DNA from: Pseudomonadota bacterium
GTDB lineage: Bacteria; Pseudomonadota; Alphaproteobacteria; Paracaedibacterales; CAITNM01
Length of the DNA stretch: 64,000 nt
Direction of reading: 5' to 3'
NCBI GenBank assembly: GCA_018062345.1
Contig: JAGOSL010000001.1
Span: 39,245 to 103,244 of the forward strand
The notes under the pieces are model-generated. The model saw only the letters and a list, made by a program, of their open reading frames with translations. It was not told the origin of the DNA and did no database searches. Position 1 is the first letter of the stretch. Every line of letters begins with the position of its first letter. This document shows positions 16,488 to 26,776 of this stretch, one piece after another. The translations under genes and the position numbers were made by a program.

Positions 16488-16585
16488 ATCAGCACCTTAA
16501 AAAGTGTAATTCATTGTACCAGATTTTTTGTAAAAAGTATTACATAAAGTGTTATGTATCGAAGCTCATGGTAAATATGTGAATA

Positions 16586-16619
16586 CGTAAAAACGTTCTA
16601 AAACCCAACACCTTTTGTG
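16586..16619. repeat. Direct repeat copy B (native 3' end of the reductase gene plus 12 nt downstream)
   Basis: See copy A. It includes the stop codon (16598-16600) and the last 6 codons (TKGVGF). Confidence 0.9.
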
Positions 16620-17611
16620 GTGGAATATTCGAAGTGGGTGATTTCGTCTGGATATAAATGCGCGCGAATGGCATGAGCGGCTTGAGCGGCTTCAGCAAAG
16701 CCCGTCAAAATAAGCTTTAGTTTGTGAGGGTACGTTGCAATATCACCGATTGCATAAATGCCTTTGCGGTTTGTGGAGCTGGTAGCCTGATCAACAGCGA
16801 TATGATGTTTTTCAAGATTTAGTCCCCATTCGGCAATAGGGCCTAAGTTCATAGACAATCCAAAAAATGGCAATAAATAATCAGCTTGCAGGATTCTTTT
16901 TTGACCATCGAGACTTTCAACTTCTACATTACTTAATGTGCCATTGGGACCTTGCAGTCCGCTGAGTTGATATGGGGTAACTAATTCAACTTCACCTTTT
17001 GCCGCGGCTGTATTTAATTTTTCTTCGCTATCAGGAGCCGCGCGAAATTTTGCACGACGGTGCACAACTTTAACGGAAGCGGCGATATCTTTTAGTATTA
17101 GTGCCCAATCGACAGCGGAGTCGCCTCCGCCTGCAATGACAACGTGTTTGTTGCGGTACGTTTCTTTATTGCGTACAGCATAGTGAATGCTATTTTTCTC
17201 ATAAGATTCAAGACCTTCAAGGGGTGGGCGATTGGGGCCAAACGCACCAACACCGGCCGCTATAATGATACTTTTCGTTTTAATTTCTGTGCCAGAGGAC
17301 GTGCGAACCAACCACTGAGTGCCGTAATCATTTAAGGGTTCAATATTTGTAACTTGTTGATTTAAATGGTAGGTGGGGAAAAATGGTGCAGCTTGCTTTT
17401 CAAGTTGGTCAATAAGATCCGCAGCCGTGATCGAGGGGTAGGCTGCAATATCATAAATGGGTTTTTCTGGGTACAAAGCGGAGCATTGCCCCCCGACTTT
17501 TTCAAATGCGTCAATAACATGCGTTTTAAGTTTTGCCATGCCGCATTCAAAAATGGCGAATAAACCAACTGGACCGGCGCCAACGATAACAACGTCGGTT
17601 TCATAAGTCAT
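16598..17611 (-). CDS. Ferredoxin-NADP+ reductase, thioredoxin-reductase-like type
   Basis: MTYETDVVIVGAGPVGLFAIFECGMAKLKTHVIDAFEKVGGQCSALYPEKPIYDIAAYP... with two Rossmann GxGxxG motifs and no CxxC redox pair, as in YumC-type FNR. Confidence 0.8.
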   Translation of the reverse strand: MTYETDVVIVGAGPVGLFAIFECGMAKLKTHVIDAFEKVGGQCSALYPEKPIYDIAAYPSITAADLIDQLEKQAAPFFPTYHLNQQVTNIEPLNDYGTQWLVRTSSGTEIKTKSIIIAAGVGAFGPNRPPLEGLESYEKNSIHYAVRNKETYRNKHVVIAGGGDSAVDWALILKDIAASVKVVHRRAKFRAAPDSEEKLNTAAAKGEVELVTPYQLSGLQGPNGTLSNVEVESLDGQKRILQADYLLPFFGLSMNLGPIAEWGLNLEKHHIAVDQATSSTNRKGIYAIGDIATYPHKLKLILTGFAEAAQAAHAIRAHLYPDEITHFEYSTTKGVGF

Positions 17612-17620
17612 GGCTTAAAC

Positions 17621-17746
17621 TTAACCTTGGCGTGCTTTGTAACGTGGCTTTTTCTTGTTGATAACGTACATACGACCCTTGCGACGAACCAATTTACAGT
17701 CTTTGTCACGATTTTTAAGAGTCTTTAAAGAATTTGCGATTTTCAT
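17621..17746 (-). CDS. rpmJ: 50S ribosomal protein L36
   Basis: Below the track length cutoff. Own translation: [41 protein letters not shown] (41 aa). Confidence 0.9.
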   Translation of the reverse strand: MKIANSLKTLKNRDKDCKLVRRKGRMYVINKKKPRYKARQG

Positions 17747-17993
17747 AAATTTCACCTATCTGCTTGGCGTTGATATTAAGTCTTTATTGTTTGATTGTCA
17801 AAAAGAAAATTCCTTCTTAATTTCTATTTGAAAGATTTTAGTTTCATTACCATTTTAAATGGCGATTGATAGCAGATGATGGAGTATTTGAAGAAATGGA
17901 GACGTTGCTAGTAAAAGCTGATGACACTGAAATGGATTCCCTGTCAGCAATCTAGTATCAAACTTAAAATGTAAAAAATTCTGACTAAAGTTA

Positions 17994-18236
17994 TCACTTC
18001 AAATCCTTTTCTTCTTCTGGAAAGACAAACTGACCAAAAAGAATGTGGCCATGCTCATCTTTTTTGAGATTTGTGAAGCGCCCTTTTTCATAAAAGTTTT
18101 TTAAATATTCTTGTTCAGCGGCTCTTCTTTTTAAGGCTTCTTCTTGTCTTTTTTGTTTTTTTAGAGCGCATTGATGACGAACGTAAAGATCAATTAGACG
18201 CGAAATGTTTAAGGTGGAAAGTTGTGCTTCCTTCAC
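17994..18236 (-). CDS. Hypothetical K/E-rich 80-aa protein
   Basis: ORF only. GTG start, no convincing SD, no recognisable motif. Confidence 0.25.
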   Translation of the reverse strand: MKEAQLSTLNISRLIDLYVRHQCALKKQKRQEEALKRRAAEQEYLKNFYEKGRFTNLKKDEHGHILFGQFVFPEEEKDLK

Positions 18237-18284
18237 AGAAGATAAATCGTGGTAAATCTAATAAATCAGGGTTGAATTTTTTTA

Positions 18285-18323
18285 GTGAAAAAAATTCCCT
18301 CTAACAAAGATTGCTAGAGGGAA
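18285..18323 (-). terminator. Rho-independent terminator of the porin gene
   Basis: On the minus strand, TTCCCTCTA-N11-TAGAGGGAA (perfect 9-bp stem) followed by TTTTTTTC. Confidence 0.7.
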
Positions 18324-18340
18324 GTGATAGATTTTGTTTT

Positions 18341-19885
18341 TTAGAACTTGTAGGAGGCGCCGAATTGTAAGCGTTGGCCTAAGCCCTTGTATTTTAATGT
18401 TGATTGGCGTTGTAATATGAAATATTCCAAGCCTAGTTCTAAATTATCTTCAGGTTTGTACATTGTGTTGATAAGGAATTTGTTGAATTTTTTATCAAGA
18501 CCTGGTTCGAACCATTGCGTAATTGGGCGATTAGCATCGTTTGCTTTTGCCTGTGTGTTTAGTTTGATTTGAGCTAAGCCAATGCTTGTTTGCCATTGTG
18601 AATTCCAAACATGTGAATACCCTGCCCAGAATATAGACATGCCGATGGCTTTATAACGTTGCCCTTCTGTGGCTGCGGTTGGATCGAAAAGAGCTGATCT
18701 ACCATTCATTTCAAGAATGTACCAACCAATGCCTTTTCCTGTGCTTACGCCGCCGGTAAAGAAGCTTTTCCCGGCAGTCATAATTTTAGTTGCTATGTTT
18801 ACGCCCCACGCCTCAGCTTTATAGGTTCTTCCATCTACTGTTGTTGCTGGGTTACTTCCAACAGCAGTATTGTTTTTTATGCGAAGATCACGATTAATGA
18901 CGCTAACACCAACGGCGCTGCCACTATCGAAGTTATATTTTACGCGCATGATTAAATCTGGCCGTGTTTGCTTTGAAAGATTCCCTGCAAAATCTTGTGT
19001 GTTGTACACGTACTGTGCGGAGGTAGCGTTTGGTGTTTTTGCATAAGATACATAATCGCCTCTACCGTGTTCTGCAGCAGCTGTTACAGAAAAATCACCT
19101 AATTTATGCGTATACCTGATTAATGCGTGTCGTCCATAACCACCAGAAATTCCGTTTAGATCTACCGATGGTAGAATGGCTTCATCGAGATGGAATGTCG
19201 TGTTTGTGTGTCCTGCTTCTAGGCCGCCGTATTTAAGAACGGCATGGCGTAACCTAAAGGTATATGTTGTAGAAGAATTGGATGTGTTTCCTGTAGTTCC
19301 ACCTGGTACGGCGTCTCCCCAGTGAGTGGAGCCGAAGAAGTCTCCTTCTATAAAGCCTTTAGTTTCTGTTCCAGAGGTATTTTTTATGATTGAATCAAGG
19401 CGTATTCTGGATTGTTTTGCATGCACGAAAAAATGCTCTTTCCAAGAATTCTTTTGGGAAGAGGTGTTTGCATTTCGCATTTGTAAAGTGTAAGGAATGC
19501 GACTAGCGTTTGTTTGTTCGCTTGTATTGGCTTTAGTGTCACGAATCATGTCAAGCTTGACCATTCCGCCTATTTTTACTGCTGCCTTTGTGCCTGGAAT
19601 GTTTATGTACCCCTTATCAAACACCAAACCATCATCAGCTTTTTTTCCTTCTGCAGCTGGCATTCCCGATGAGGTTTTATGAGTTTTGGCTTGTTTATGT
19701 TCAGTTTTAATTTCTTTAACCTGATTGCTTTGCTCTTTTACCTGTTTTGCAAGTGTTGCTAGTTGTTGCTGCAAAGCTTCAATTTGCTTCTGAAGAGCTT
19801 CCACCTGATTGGCTGATGTATCGGCTGCGCTTAAGGATGTTAGCGATACTCCCGCTATTAACAATAGAATAGTTGCTTTGTTCAT
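18341..19885 (-). CDS. Outer-membrane porin with N-terminal coiled coil (DcaP-like architecture)
   Basis: Start moved to MNKATILLLIAGVSLTSLSA (signal peptide). Heptad-like QVEALQKQIEALQQQLATLAKQVKEQ, then a beta-barrel-like region ending ...RLQFGASYKF. Confidence 0.65.
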   Translation of the reverse strand: MNKATILLLIAGVSLTSLSAADTSANQVEALQKQIEALQQQLATLAKQVKEQSNQVKEIKTEHKQAKTHKTSSGMPAAEGKKADDGLVFDKGYINIPGTKAAVKIGGMVKLDMIRDTKANTSEQTNASRIPYTLQMRNANTSSQKNSWKEHFFVHAKQSRIRLDSIIKNTSGTETKGFIEGDFFGSTHWGDAVPGGTTGNTSNSSTTYTFRLRHAVLKYGGLEAGHTNTTFHLDEAILPSVDLNGISGGYGRHALIRYTHKLGDFSVTAAAEHGRGDYVSYAKTPNATSAQYVYNTQDFAGNLSKQTRPDLIMRVKYNFDSGSAVGVSVINRDLRIKNNTAVGSNPATTVDGRTYKAEAWGVNIATKIMTAGKSFFTGGVSTGKGIGWYILEMNGRSALFDPTAATEGQRYKAIGMSIFWAGYSHVWNSQWQTSIGLAQIKLNTQAKANDANRPITQWFEPGLDKKFNKFLINTMYKPEDNLELGLEYFILQRQSTLKYKGLGQRLQFGASYKF

Positions 19886-20118
19886 GACATTTCCATTATT
19901 GATTACTACTATTAGTTTTGAGTTGAATTGTGAAAATGTAAATGTATTTGATTGAATTCTTAAATAGCGTTTAAGACTGTGACTTGCTTTCACTATTGAT
20001 TTTACTTTGAAATTTTGTCAAAATTTTGCAAATTTGAATTTTTCAGGGAAAACGTTTGGTTTTGCATATCCTAAATTTTTAGATTATTCTTTTAAAATCA
20101 AGGGTTACCTAACGTCTT

Positions 20119-20664
20119 ATGGAAGAAACATCCAATCAGTCATCAGTTGAAGATTCAAAACGCAGAGATTTTCTAAAATTAACTGCAACATCCTTTGGAG
20201 TTGTGGGGGTGTGTGCTGTAGCATGGCCGTTTATCGATAGTATGAATCCAGCTGCTGATGTGAGGGCTGTTTCAAGTGTTGAAGTTGATATTTCAAAGTT
20301 AGAGCCTGGACAGAGCATAACGACGCTTTGGAGAGGAAAGCCTGTCTTTATTAAAAGGCGGACTTTAGAAGAGGTCAAAGAAGCCCAGAGTGTGCAGTTG
20401 AAATTATTGCCTGATCCACAAACAGATCAAGAGCGTTTTGGAAAAAATCCTGAATGGCTTGTTGTGATTGGTATTTGCACGCATTTGGGGTGTGTGCCAA
20501 CAGAACGAAAAAATATGGCGCCAGCAGAAGGTGGATGGCTATGTGCTTGTCATGGATCTCGTTACGATACATCTGGGCGTATAGTCTCAGGTCCGGCACC
20601 TAGGAATTTAGATGTGCCTGCATATGAGCTATTGAATAACAACACGATTATAAAAATCGGATAA
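20119..20664 (+). CDS. petA: Ubiquinol-cytochrome c reductase Rieske iron-sulfur subunit
   Basis: Tat-like RRDFLK. Rieske boxes CTHLGC and CACHGSRYD. Confidence 0.9.
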   Translation: MEETSNQSSVEDSKRRDFLKLTATSFGVVGVCAVAWPFIDSMNPAADVRAVSSVEVDISKLEPGQSITTLWRGKPVFIKRRTLEEVKEAQSVQLKLLPDPQTDQERFGKNPEWLVVIGICTHLGCVPTERKNMAPAEGGWLCACHGSRYDTSGRIVSGPAPRNLDVPAYELLNNNTIIKIG

Positions 20665-20669
20665 ATTTT

Positions 20670-21824
20670 ATGAAAATACTAGAATGGATTGACTATCGCC
20701 TGCCTATAGTCACCTTGTTTCGTAAAGAGTTAAAGGATTATCCAACCCCTAAAAATTTAAATTATCTTTGGAATTTCGGTTCTTTGGCTGGCATTACCTT
20801 GGTGATTATGATTTTAAGTGGAATTTTCCTTGCCATGCACTATGTTCCCCACGTTGATTATGCCTTTTCTAGCGTTGAGCGCATTATGCGCGAAGTTAAT
20901 TTTGGTTGGTTGATTCGCTACATTCATATGAATGGGGCTTCGATATTTTTTATTGTTGTGTATTTGCATATGCTTCGTGGGCTTTATTATGGTTCGTATA
21001 AAAAGCCGAGAGAGTTACTGTGGATTTTAGGGGTTGTGATTTTGCTATTGATGATGGCAACAGCATTCATGGGATATGTGTTGCCTTGGGGGCAAATGAG
21101 TTTTTGGGGGGCGACTGTTATTACCAATTTGTTTTCAGCTTTTCCTGGCGGAGAAAGTATTGTGCAGTGGCTTTGGGGAGGTTTTTCGGTTGATAATCCA
21201 ACTTTGAATAGATTTTTTGCATTGCATTATTTATTTCCTTTTCTGATTATTGGTGTGGTGATGTTGCACATGGTGAGTTTGCATCGGTTTGGTTCTAATA
21301 ATCCTACAGGGATAGAGACTAAAGCTAAGGATAAAATCCCTTTTCACCCTTATTACACCATTAAAGATTTATTTGGTCTTGGGGTTTATTTGTGTGTTTA
21401 TGCAGGTTTTGTATTTTTTGCGCCGAATTTTTTTGGGGAACCTGACAATTATATTCCAGCAAATCCTTTGGTGACGCCTCCTCACATTGTGCCGGAATGG
21501 TATTTTTTGCCCTTTTATGCAATTTTGCGATCAATTCCAAGTAAGCTAGGAGGGGTGCTGGCAATGTTTGGGGCGGTATTTACGCTAATGGTTTTGCCAT
21601 GGCTTGATCGTCATCCGGTGCGTAGTGCAAGGTATCGTCCTATTTTTTCTAAATTGTTTTGGCTGATGCTGATTAATATTATTGTGTTGGGGTGGATTGG
21701 GTCAAAGCCACCAGAGGGAATTTATTTATGGATGGGAAGGTTAGCCACTGCCTACTATTTTATTCATTTTTGGGTTTTTTACCCCTTACTTGATAGGTTT
21801 GAGAAAACTTGGGAAGTGCCGTGA
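20670..21824 (+). CDS. petB: Cytochrome b
   Basis: ...[13 protein letters not shown]...[12 protein letters not shown]...WGATVITNL...[13 protein letters not shown]... Confidence 0.9.
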   Translation: MKILEWIDYRLPIVTLFRKELKDYPTPKNLNYLWNFGSLAGITLVIMILSGIFLAMHYVPHVDYAFSSVERIMREVNFGWLIRYIHMNGASIFFIVVYLHMLRGLYYGSYKKPRELLWILGVVILLLMMATAFMGYVLPWGQMSFWGATVITNLFSAFPGGESIVQWLWGGFSVDNPTLNRFFALHYLFPFLIIGVVMLHMVSLHRFGSNNPTGIETKAKDKIPFHPYYTIKDLFGLGVYLCVYAGFVFFAPNFFGEPDNYIPANPLVTPPHIVPEWYFLPFYAILRSIPSKLGGVLAMFGAVFTLMVLPWLDRHPVRSARYRPIFSKLFWLMLINIIVLGWIGSKPPEGIYLWMGRLATAYYFIHFWVFYPLLDRFEKTWEVP

Positions 21825-21832
21825 GAGATTTT

Positions 21833-22570
21833 ATGAAGTGCGTATTGCTATTGTTGGTGATTATTACGAAGCTCACAGCTGAAAACGCTGTTATTCCACC
21901 TAAACAAAATTGGAGTTACGCCTCACCCATTGGAACTTTTGATCGAGGTGCATTGCAGCGTGGTTTCCAAGTGTATAAACAGGTGTGTGCTGCGTGTCAT
22001 AGCATTAAATATGTTTCATTTCGTCATTTGAAAGCGTTGGGGTTGAGTGAGTCGGAAATTAAAGTGTTGGCTTCCCAGCACCAAATTAAAGATGGCCCAA
22101 ATGATGATGGGGAAATGTTTGAGCGCCCCGGCAGACCATCAGATTATTTTCCGCGTGTTTATGCCAATGATAAGCAAGCCAGAGCTGCAAATAACGGTGC
22201 ATTGCCGCCAGATTTATCTTTAATTACTAAGGCAAGGGTAGGTGGTGCAGACTATATACATGCACTTTTAACAGGGTTCAAGGACAACCCTGATTTTAAA
22301 GGTGGAGCTGGGCAATACTATAATGAGTATTTTCCAGGGCATGCAATTTCAATGGCACCGCCGCTTAGTGAAGGGCTTGTTGCTTATAATGACGGCACCA
22401 AACCTACTGTGCAGCAAATGGCTCATGATGTGACTACATTTCTAGCTTGGGCTAGTGAGCCAGAGGCTGAACAGCGTAAGCGGTTAGGACTGAAAGTACT
22501 AATGTATTTAGTTATAATGACCGGACTATTCTGGGCAACAATGCGTCGCATCTGGAGAACGATTAAATAG
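21833..22570 (+). CDS. petC: Cytochrome c1
   Basis: Signal peptide MKCVLLLLVIITKLTA, heme site CAACHS, C-terminal membrane anchor. ATG 21833 preferred over the track's TTG 21809, which overlaps petB. Confidence 0.85.
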   Translation: MKCVLLLLVIITKLTAENAVIPPKQNWSYASPIGTFDRGALQRGFQVYKQVCAACHSIKYVSFRHLKALGLSESEIKVLASQHQIKDGPNDDGEMFERPGRPSDYFPRVYANDKQARAANNGALPPDLSLITKARVGGADYIHALLTGFKDNPDFKGGAGQYYNEYFPGHAISMAPPLSEGLVAYNDGTKPTVQQMAHDVTTFLAWASEPEAEQRKRLGLKVLMYLVIMTGLFWATMRRIWRTIK

Positions 22571-22573
22571 TTT

Positions 22574-23119
22574 CTAGCTATTTTTTTTGCGGCCAATGTG
22601 AATAAGTCTGTCAATTTCGATTTGCCACATATCCTGTTTCATAAAAGGAAGATCTCTTATCAGGCTTGCTATGTCGTTAGGCTCTGCAAATTCATTTAGA
22701 TTTTGCATTGTGGTCTGGTCAAAAACGCTAAAAATATCATTAAAAAGTTCCGGCATTTTACTGATGTCTTCAATGACAAAACGTGTGGTTTCTCCGTTCA
22801 TTACTTGAGTGAGGAGGCATACAACATCTGTAAACTCTGGTATTAAATTTTCTTCAGGTATAGAAAGAATAGCATCTGTCACCTGCATTCTATCTGTTTC
22901 ATAAACAGCAATACTTTTTCTTTCACAAATCTGATTTATAATGTTGCTTTGATGGTCGGGTAGATGGTTATCGTTTTCCTGATAAATATAAGTCGTATCG
23001 TCGTGATCATCAGATGGGTAGGAATCATCTTGATCATTTTTTGGTGCTTTGCAAAAAAGTTGAGAAGAAGACAGCAATATTGTTCCTAGCATGCATAGTT
23101 TGATAATTTGTTTATTCAT
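22574..23119 (-). CDS. Hypothetical secreted acidic protein
   Basis: Signal peptide MNKQIIKLCMLGTILLSSSQLFC, AGGAG SD upstream, D/H-rich N-terminal stretch. No motif recognised. Confidence 0.5.
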   Translation of the reverse strand: MNKQIIKLCMLGTILLSSSQLFCKAPKNDQDDSYPSDDHDDTTYIYQENDNHLPDHQSNIINQICERKSIAVYETDRMQVTDAILSIPEENLIPEFTDVVCLLTQVMNGETTRFVIEDISKMPELFNDIFSVFDQTTMQNLNEFAEPNDIASLIRDLPFMKQDMWQIEIDRLIHIGRKKNS

Positions 23120-23386
23120 AAATAGCTTGTGCTCCTACTAATTAAGTTTGATAAAATGAATGAAAAATTTATGATAAATATAAGAATAATTCAATATGAA
23201 AAATAAAAGAACTTAAGGTCTGGGTGTTGGTTTGGACTTTCTTCTTTTGGTTTTTAAGGGTGGAAAAATAGGTATTATTATACCATAAGCGTAGATGCTA
23301 TGTATTTTGGGCTTTTTGCGTTTTCTGTTGCAATGAATTTTTAAATTAGCTATAAAAACTCAAGACTTAATTAATGGAAAAAAATC

Positions 23387-23854
23387 ATGAAAACGACTCA
23401 ATCGATTCGTCCTCAAGATGTAAAAAAGAACTGGCTTTTGGTAGACGCTACTGATTTAGTGGTAGGGCGTCTAGCAGCTGTTCTAGCAAATCATTTACGA
23501 GGCAAGCATAAAGCTTCTTATACACCGCACGTAGATTGTGGTGATAACATTGTCGTCATTAACGCTGAAAAAGTGCAATTTACTGGTAACAAACTAAAAG
23601 ACAAAATATTTTACTGGCATACAGGTTATGCTGGAGGTATTAAAGAACGCACGATGGGACAAATTTTGTCAGGTCGTCATCCAGAGCGAGTGCTAATGAA
23701 AGCTGTTGAGCGCATGGTGCCAAGAGGTCCTTTGGGGCGTCAAATTATGCGCAATTTAAAAGTGTACGCCGGTGCAGCACATCCTCATGAAGCGCAACAG
23801 CCAGTAGTTTTAGATGTTGCTGCGATGAATCCAAAGAATAAAAGGAGCAAATAA
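23387..23854 (+). CDS. rplM: 50S ribosomal protein L13
   Basis: ...[27 protein letters not shown]... Confidence 0.9.
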   Translation: MKTTQSIRPQDVKKNWLLVDATDLVVGRLAAVLANHLRGKHKASYTPHVDCGDNIVVINAEKVQFTGNKLKDKIFYWHTGYAGGIKERTMGQILSGRHPERVLMKAVERMVPRGPLGRQIMRNLKVYAGAAHPHEAQQPVVLDVAAMNPKNKRSK

Positions 23855-24366
23855 TGACCACAAATAAAGTTGGTCTAGAAGACCTAAAATCTGCAGTTTC
23901 AAATAGTGGTGTCGCTGCTACAAGCACTGGTTTCACTTCTGATGATGCTGCGATTAAATATGAGAAGAAGGTTGATGCTCAAGGTAGAGCCTATGCAACG
24001 GGAAAGCGTAAGAATGCTGTTGCTAGGGTTTGGATTAAACCAGGCCATGGTAAGCTATTAGTAAACGGTCGTGAAGGGGCTCAATACTTCGCGCGCCCTG
24101 TATTACAGATGCTTATTGGCCAACCATTTCAGAGCGTAAATCGCCATGGTCAGTATGATGTGTGGTGTACAGTTATTGGTGGTGGACTTTCAGGTCAAGC
24201 TGGAGCGGTGCGTCATGGTATTAGCAAGGCGTTGGTAAATTTTGAGCCTGAATTACGCAGCTTGTTGAAGCAAGGCGGATTCTTAACACGTGACAGCCGT
24301 GTAGTTGAACGTAAGAAATACGGTCAGGCAAAAGCGCGTAGAAGATTCCAATTCAGTAAGCGCTAA
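23854..24366 (+). CDS. rpsI: 30S ribosomal protein S9
   Basis: ...[15 protein letters not shown]...[19 protein letters not shown]...[25 protein letters not shown]. Confidence 0.9.
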   Translation: MTTNKVGLEDLKSAVSNSGVAATSTGFTSDDAAIKYEKKVDAQGRAYATGKRKNAVARVWIKPGHGKLLVNGREGAQYFARPVLQMLIGQPFQSVNRHGQYDVWCTVIGGGLSGQAGAVRHGISKALVNFEPELRSLLKQGGFLTRDSRVVERKKYGQAKARRRFQFSKR

Positions 24367-24393
24367 TTTCTTGCAAGTACTATTAAAAGAAAA

Positions 24394-24420
24394 AGCTCAG
24401 GATTTTCTGGGCTTTTTTGT
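24394..24420 (+). terminator. Rho-independent terminator after rpsI
   Basis: AGCTCAG-GATTTT-CTGGGCT (one G-T pair) followed by TTTTTT. Confidence 0.65.
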
Positions 24421-24421
24421 T

Positions 24422-26776
24422 TTACTGCTGCTGTTCAAAAATTTCTCTTATTACATTGCCATCGTTGATGTAGTCATACACTTCCTGGAATGTTTTGAGA
24501 TCTTTAGCTTGCGGGCGACAGAGCATTATGAAAATTTTCTCATTTTTTCGCCCTTGCATGAAATCTTTATTGTCATCAAATAGGGTTTTTAACTGTTCAG
24601 AATTTGTTTGTATATGGTATGCAGCTGCCAGTTGAACTAATGCAGTTTCTCTCTGATTGTCATCATTTTGGGCAAGTGATGAAATATAATCGTTTAGGCT
24701 GGTTACTGTGTGTTCATAATTTTCAGTAATAATATAAATATCGGCTATTGCTCGTTTGTTTTCTTTTGTTGGGTGGCGCTGTAACCATTGAATTGCTGTG
24801 TCAAAATCTTTTTCTAGGCAGTATGCCCTAGACATAATAACTTCTATTTGCTTTTGATATTCTTCCCCAACGCTTGGGTATATGCCTGACAAGAGCTTGA
24901 TGGTTTCTTTTGGCTTAGAATTTTTCACATAGATATTTCCAATTTTTATTTGGAGTTCTAATTTTTTCTCAGGGTTTGAGGTTTTCTTAACTATTTCTGT
25001 AAGAAGTTCTGCTGCTTTATCTAGCAGGTCAAGCTGTTCGTATTTTTTAGCAACACTTTCTGCAATTTTTTCATACACTGAATAACGTTCAATTACTGGT
25101 TTGTATTTTGCAAATAAACTAATAGTTTTTACAGTTGACTGATTTTCTGTGGTTGTTACGAAGTATTGCTCTAGGTAACTTCTTAGCAGTTGATGAAGCC
25201 CCAAAGAGACATCAAATTTTTTAAAGCGAAGTAAGAGGTCTTGGGTAAGGTCTATAATTCTTGGGTAATTTTTTTTCTTCTCTAGCTGCTTGATTAGTCT
25301 TAAGCAGATTTTCACTTCGATATCATGTCCGCGGGCTTGGGTGCGTAAAATATCTAGTTCTTTTATTAGCTCATCTTCGTTTGTTTCGCCATTTTCATGA
25401 AAGTAGGTTTCTAACTTAGCTTCAGTTTGTAGGTCGCTTGGGATAGGATAAGGGGTTTCATTTTTTGCAATTGGTAATAGTAGTTTGTATCCCTGGTCTT
25501 TATCTTCAAAGGTAAATACATGCATAGCTTTGTAGAAAGACATTATTGCTTTTGCGGATTCAGCTTGTGGCGTGATTTCTTGTAAAATAGTTTTTAAAAG
25601 TTTGATCTGACGAGATTCAAATAAATAAGGTACAAGTCTGGAAAAAATGTAATCTTTTAAATTTTGGGGGTAATTTTTAAGAATTGAAACTGTGCTTTCA
25701 CTAAAGACAACCCTTTGATCAAGTTGGCACTGAGATAGTTTTCGCCATAAATTGATTTCTGGGGTGTTTGGTAGAGAGGATAAAGTTTCAAGAGATGCTT
25801 TATAATTTTGCGACAAAAATTGGGAAAAACCTAAAATGATTCGATAAAAAAGAGAGTTTGTGAAATTTGGAACTTCCTTGCCTAGTAAAAATATTGTTTG
25901 GGCGGCTTCATTTCCTGCTCCTAGGGCAAGTTCAACCCATGCTTTTCTTAGAAGATGGAGGGATCTGTTTTTTGTATCTTGACGTGCTTTTTCAGCCAGA
26001 AAATTACGGAATTCGTAAGTGAAATCGCCAGTCTTTATAAAAGTGATGTTTGGAGGAAGATCGCTAATATTTTCAAGAAGTGCTTGAGAACGCAATAGTG
26101 GCTCTTTGGTTGGATAGTATGCTGCGTCATCTGTCTGCTTTTCAATAAAAAATTGATCGCTTTTTAAGTATAGGCATGCTCCTTGTACGGATTCGTGGAT
26201 ATCTACATAGTGAGTATGTGAGGGGTCAAGACCGGTGTCAGGATGACCTGTCGGAATAACATTTAGTTCTTCTCCTGTTGGCATGTTCAATACTACAAAG
26301 GAGGTGCTGTTTGCATTAAGGATTTGAAAGTGTCCGGCTTCTTGATCAAAAGAAATTTGATTTGGGTTTGGATTATCTTTTAAAAGATAATCCGATACGA
26401 TGTTAATTCCCCATCCTTTTTCAGTTTTAATGACGAATGGCATCATTTCAGCAGAAACTTCAAAAGAAAATATAATGCAGGGTCTAGAGGTTTGAATATC
26501 CGAAATTTTCTTGATAGAAATAAAACCTGCAGGCCATTCTTCTTGGGAAGGCAATACAATATCAGTTGCGGGTTGCTCAAGCTCCCAAACGGCATACCAT
26601 TTTTGACCAAAAGAAAAAACTGCTAATTTACTGTTGCTGGCGTGATTTAGTTGTAAATATCTAGCGTTTCCTATGTTTGCGCAAAGAACAGATGGGGCAA
26701 CAACTGTTTCAGTAGCATTCATGTGGCAAATGCTAAAAAATATAAAAAAAAGCTTGGCAACTAAGAAATGAATCAT
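24422..26776 (-). CDS. Large hypothetical exported protein with helical TPR-like C-terminal two-thirds
   Basis: 784 aa. N-terminal signal-like MIHFLVAKLFFIFFSICHMNA. About 230 aa of beta-rich N-domain, then a long repetitive helical region. No catalytic motif recognised. Confidence 0.5.
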   Translation of the reverse strand: MIHFLVAKLFFIFFSICHMNATETVVAPSVLCANIGNARYLQLNHASNSKLAVFSFGQKWYAVWELEQPATDIVLPSQEEWPAGFISIKKISDIQTSRPCIIFSFEVSAEMMPFVIKTEKGWGINIVSDYLLKDNPNPNQISFDQEAGHFQILNANSTSFVVLNMPTGEELNVIPTGHPDTGLDPSHTHYVDIHESVQGACLYLKSDQFFIEKQTDDAAYYPTKEPLLRSQALLENISDLPPNITFIKTGDFTYEFRNFLAEKARQDTKNRSLHLLRKAWVELALGAGNEAAQTIFLLGKEVPNFTNSLFYRIILGFSQFLSQNYKASLETLSSLPNTPEINLWRKLSQCQLDQRVVFSESTVSILKNYPQNLKDYIFSRLVPYLFESRQIKLLKTILQEITPQAESAKAIMSFYKAMHVFTFEDKDQGYKLLLPIAKNETPYPIPSDLQTEAKLETYFHENGETNEDELIKELDILRTQARGHDIEVKICLRLIKQLEKKKNYPRIIDLTQDLLLRFKKFDVSLGLHQLLRSYLEQYFVTTTENQSTVKTISLFAKYKPVIERYSVYEKIAESVAKKYEQLDLLDKAAELLTEIVKKTSNPEKKLELQIKIGNIYVKNSKPKETIKLLSGIYPSVGEEYQKQIEVIMSRAYCLEKDFDTAIQWLQRHPTKENKRAIADIYIITENYEHTVTSLNDYISSLAQNDDNQRETALVQLAAAYHIQTNSEQLKTLFDDNKDFMQGRKNEKIFIMLCRPQAKDLKTFQEVYDYINDGNVIREIFEQQQ

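Noticed and set aside
16223-16582. 119-aa plus-strand ORF
   Set aside because: It is antisense to the RHH antitoxin and toxin start, has low-complexity hydrophobic translation, and the minus-strand genes have family-level motifs.
21809-21832. TTG start for petC given by the ORF track
   Set aside because: It overlaps the petB end by 16 nt and adds residues before the signal peptide. ATG 21833, 8 nt after the petB stop, gives a standard signal sequence.
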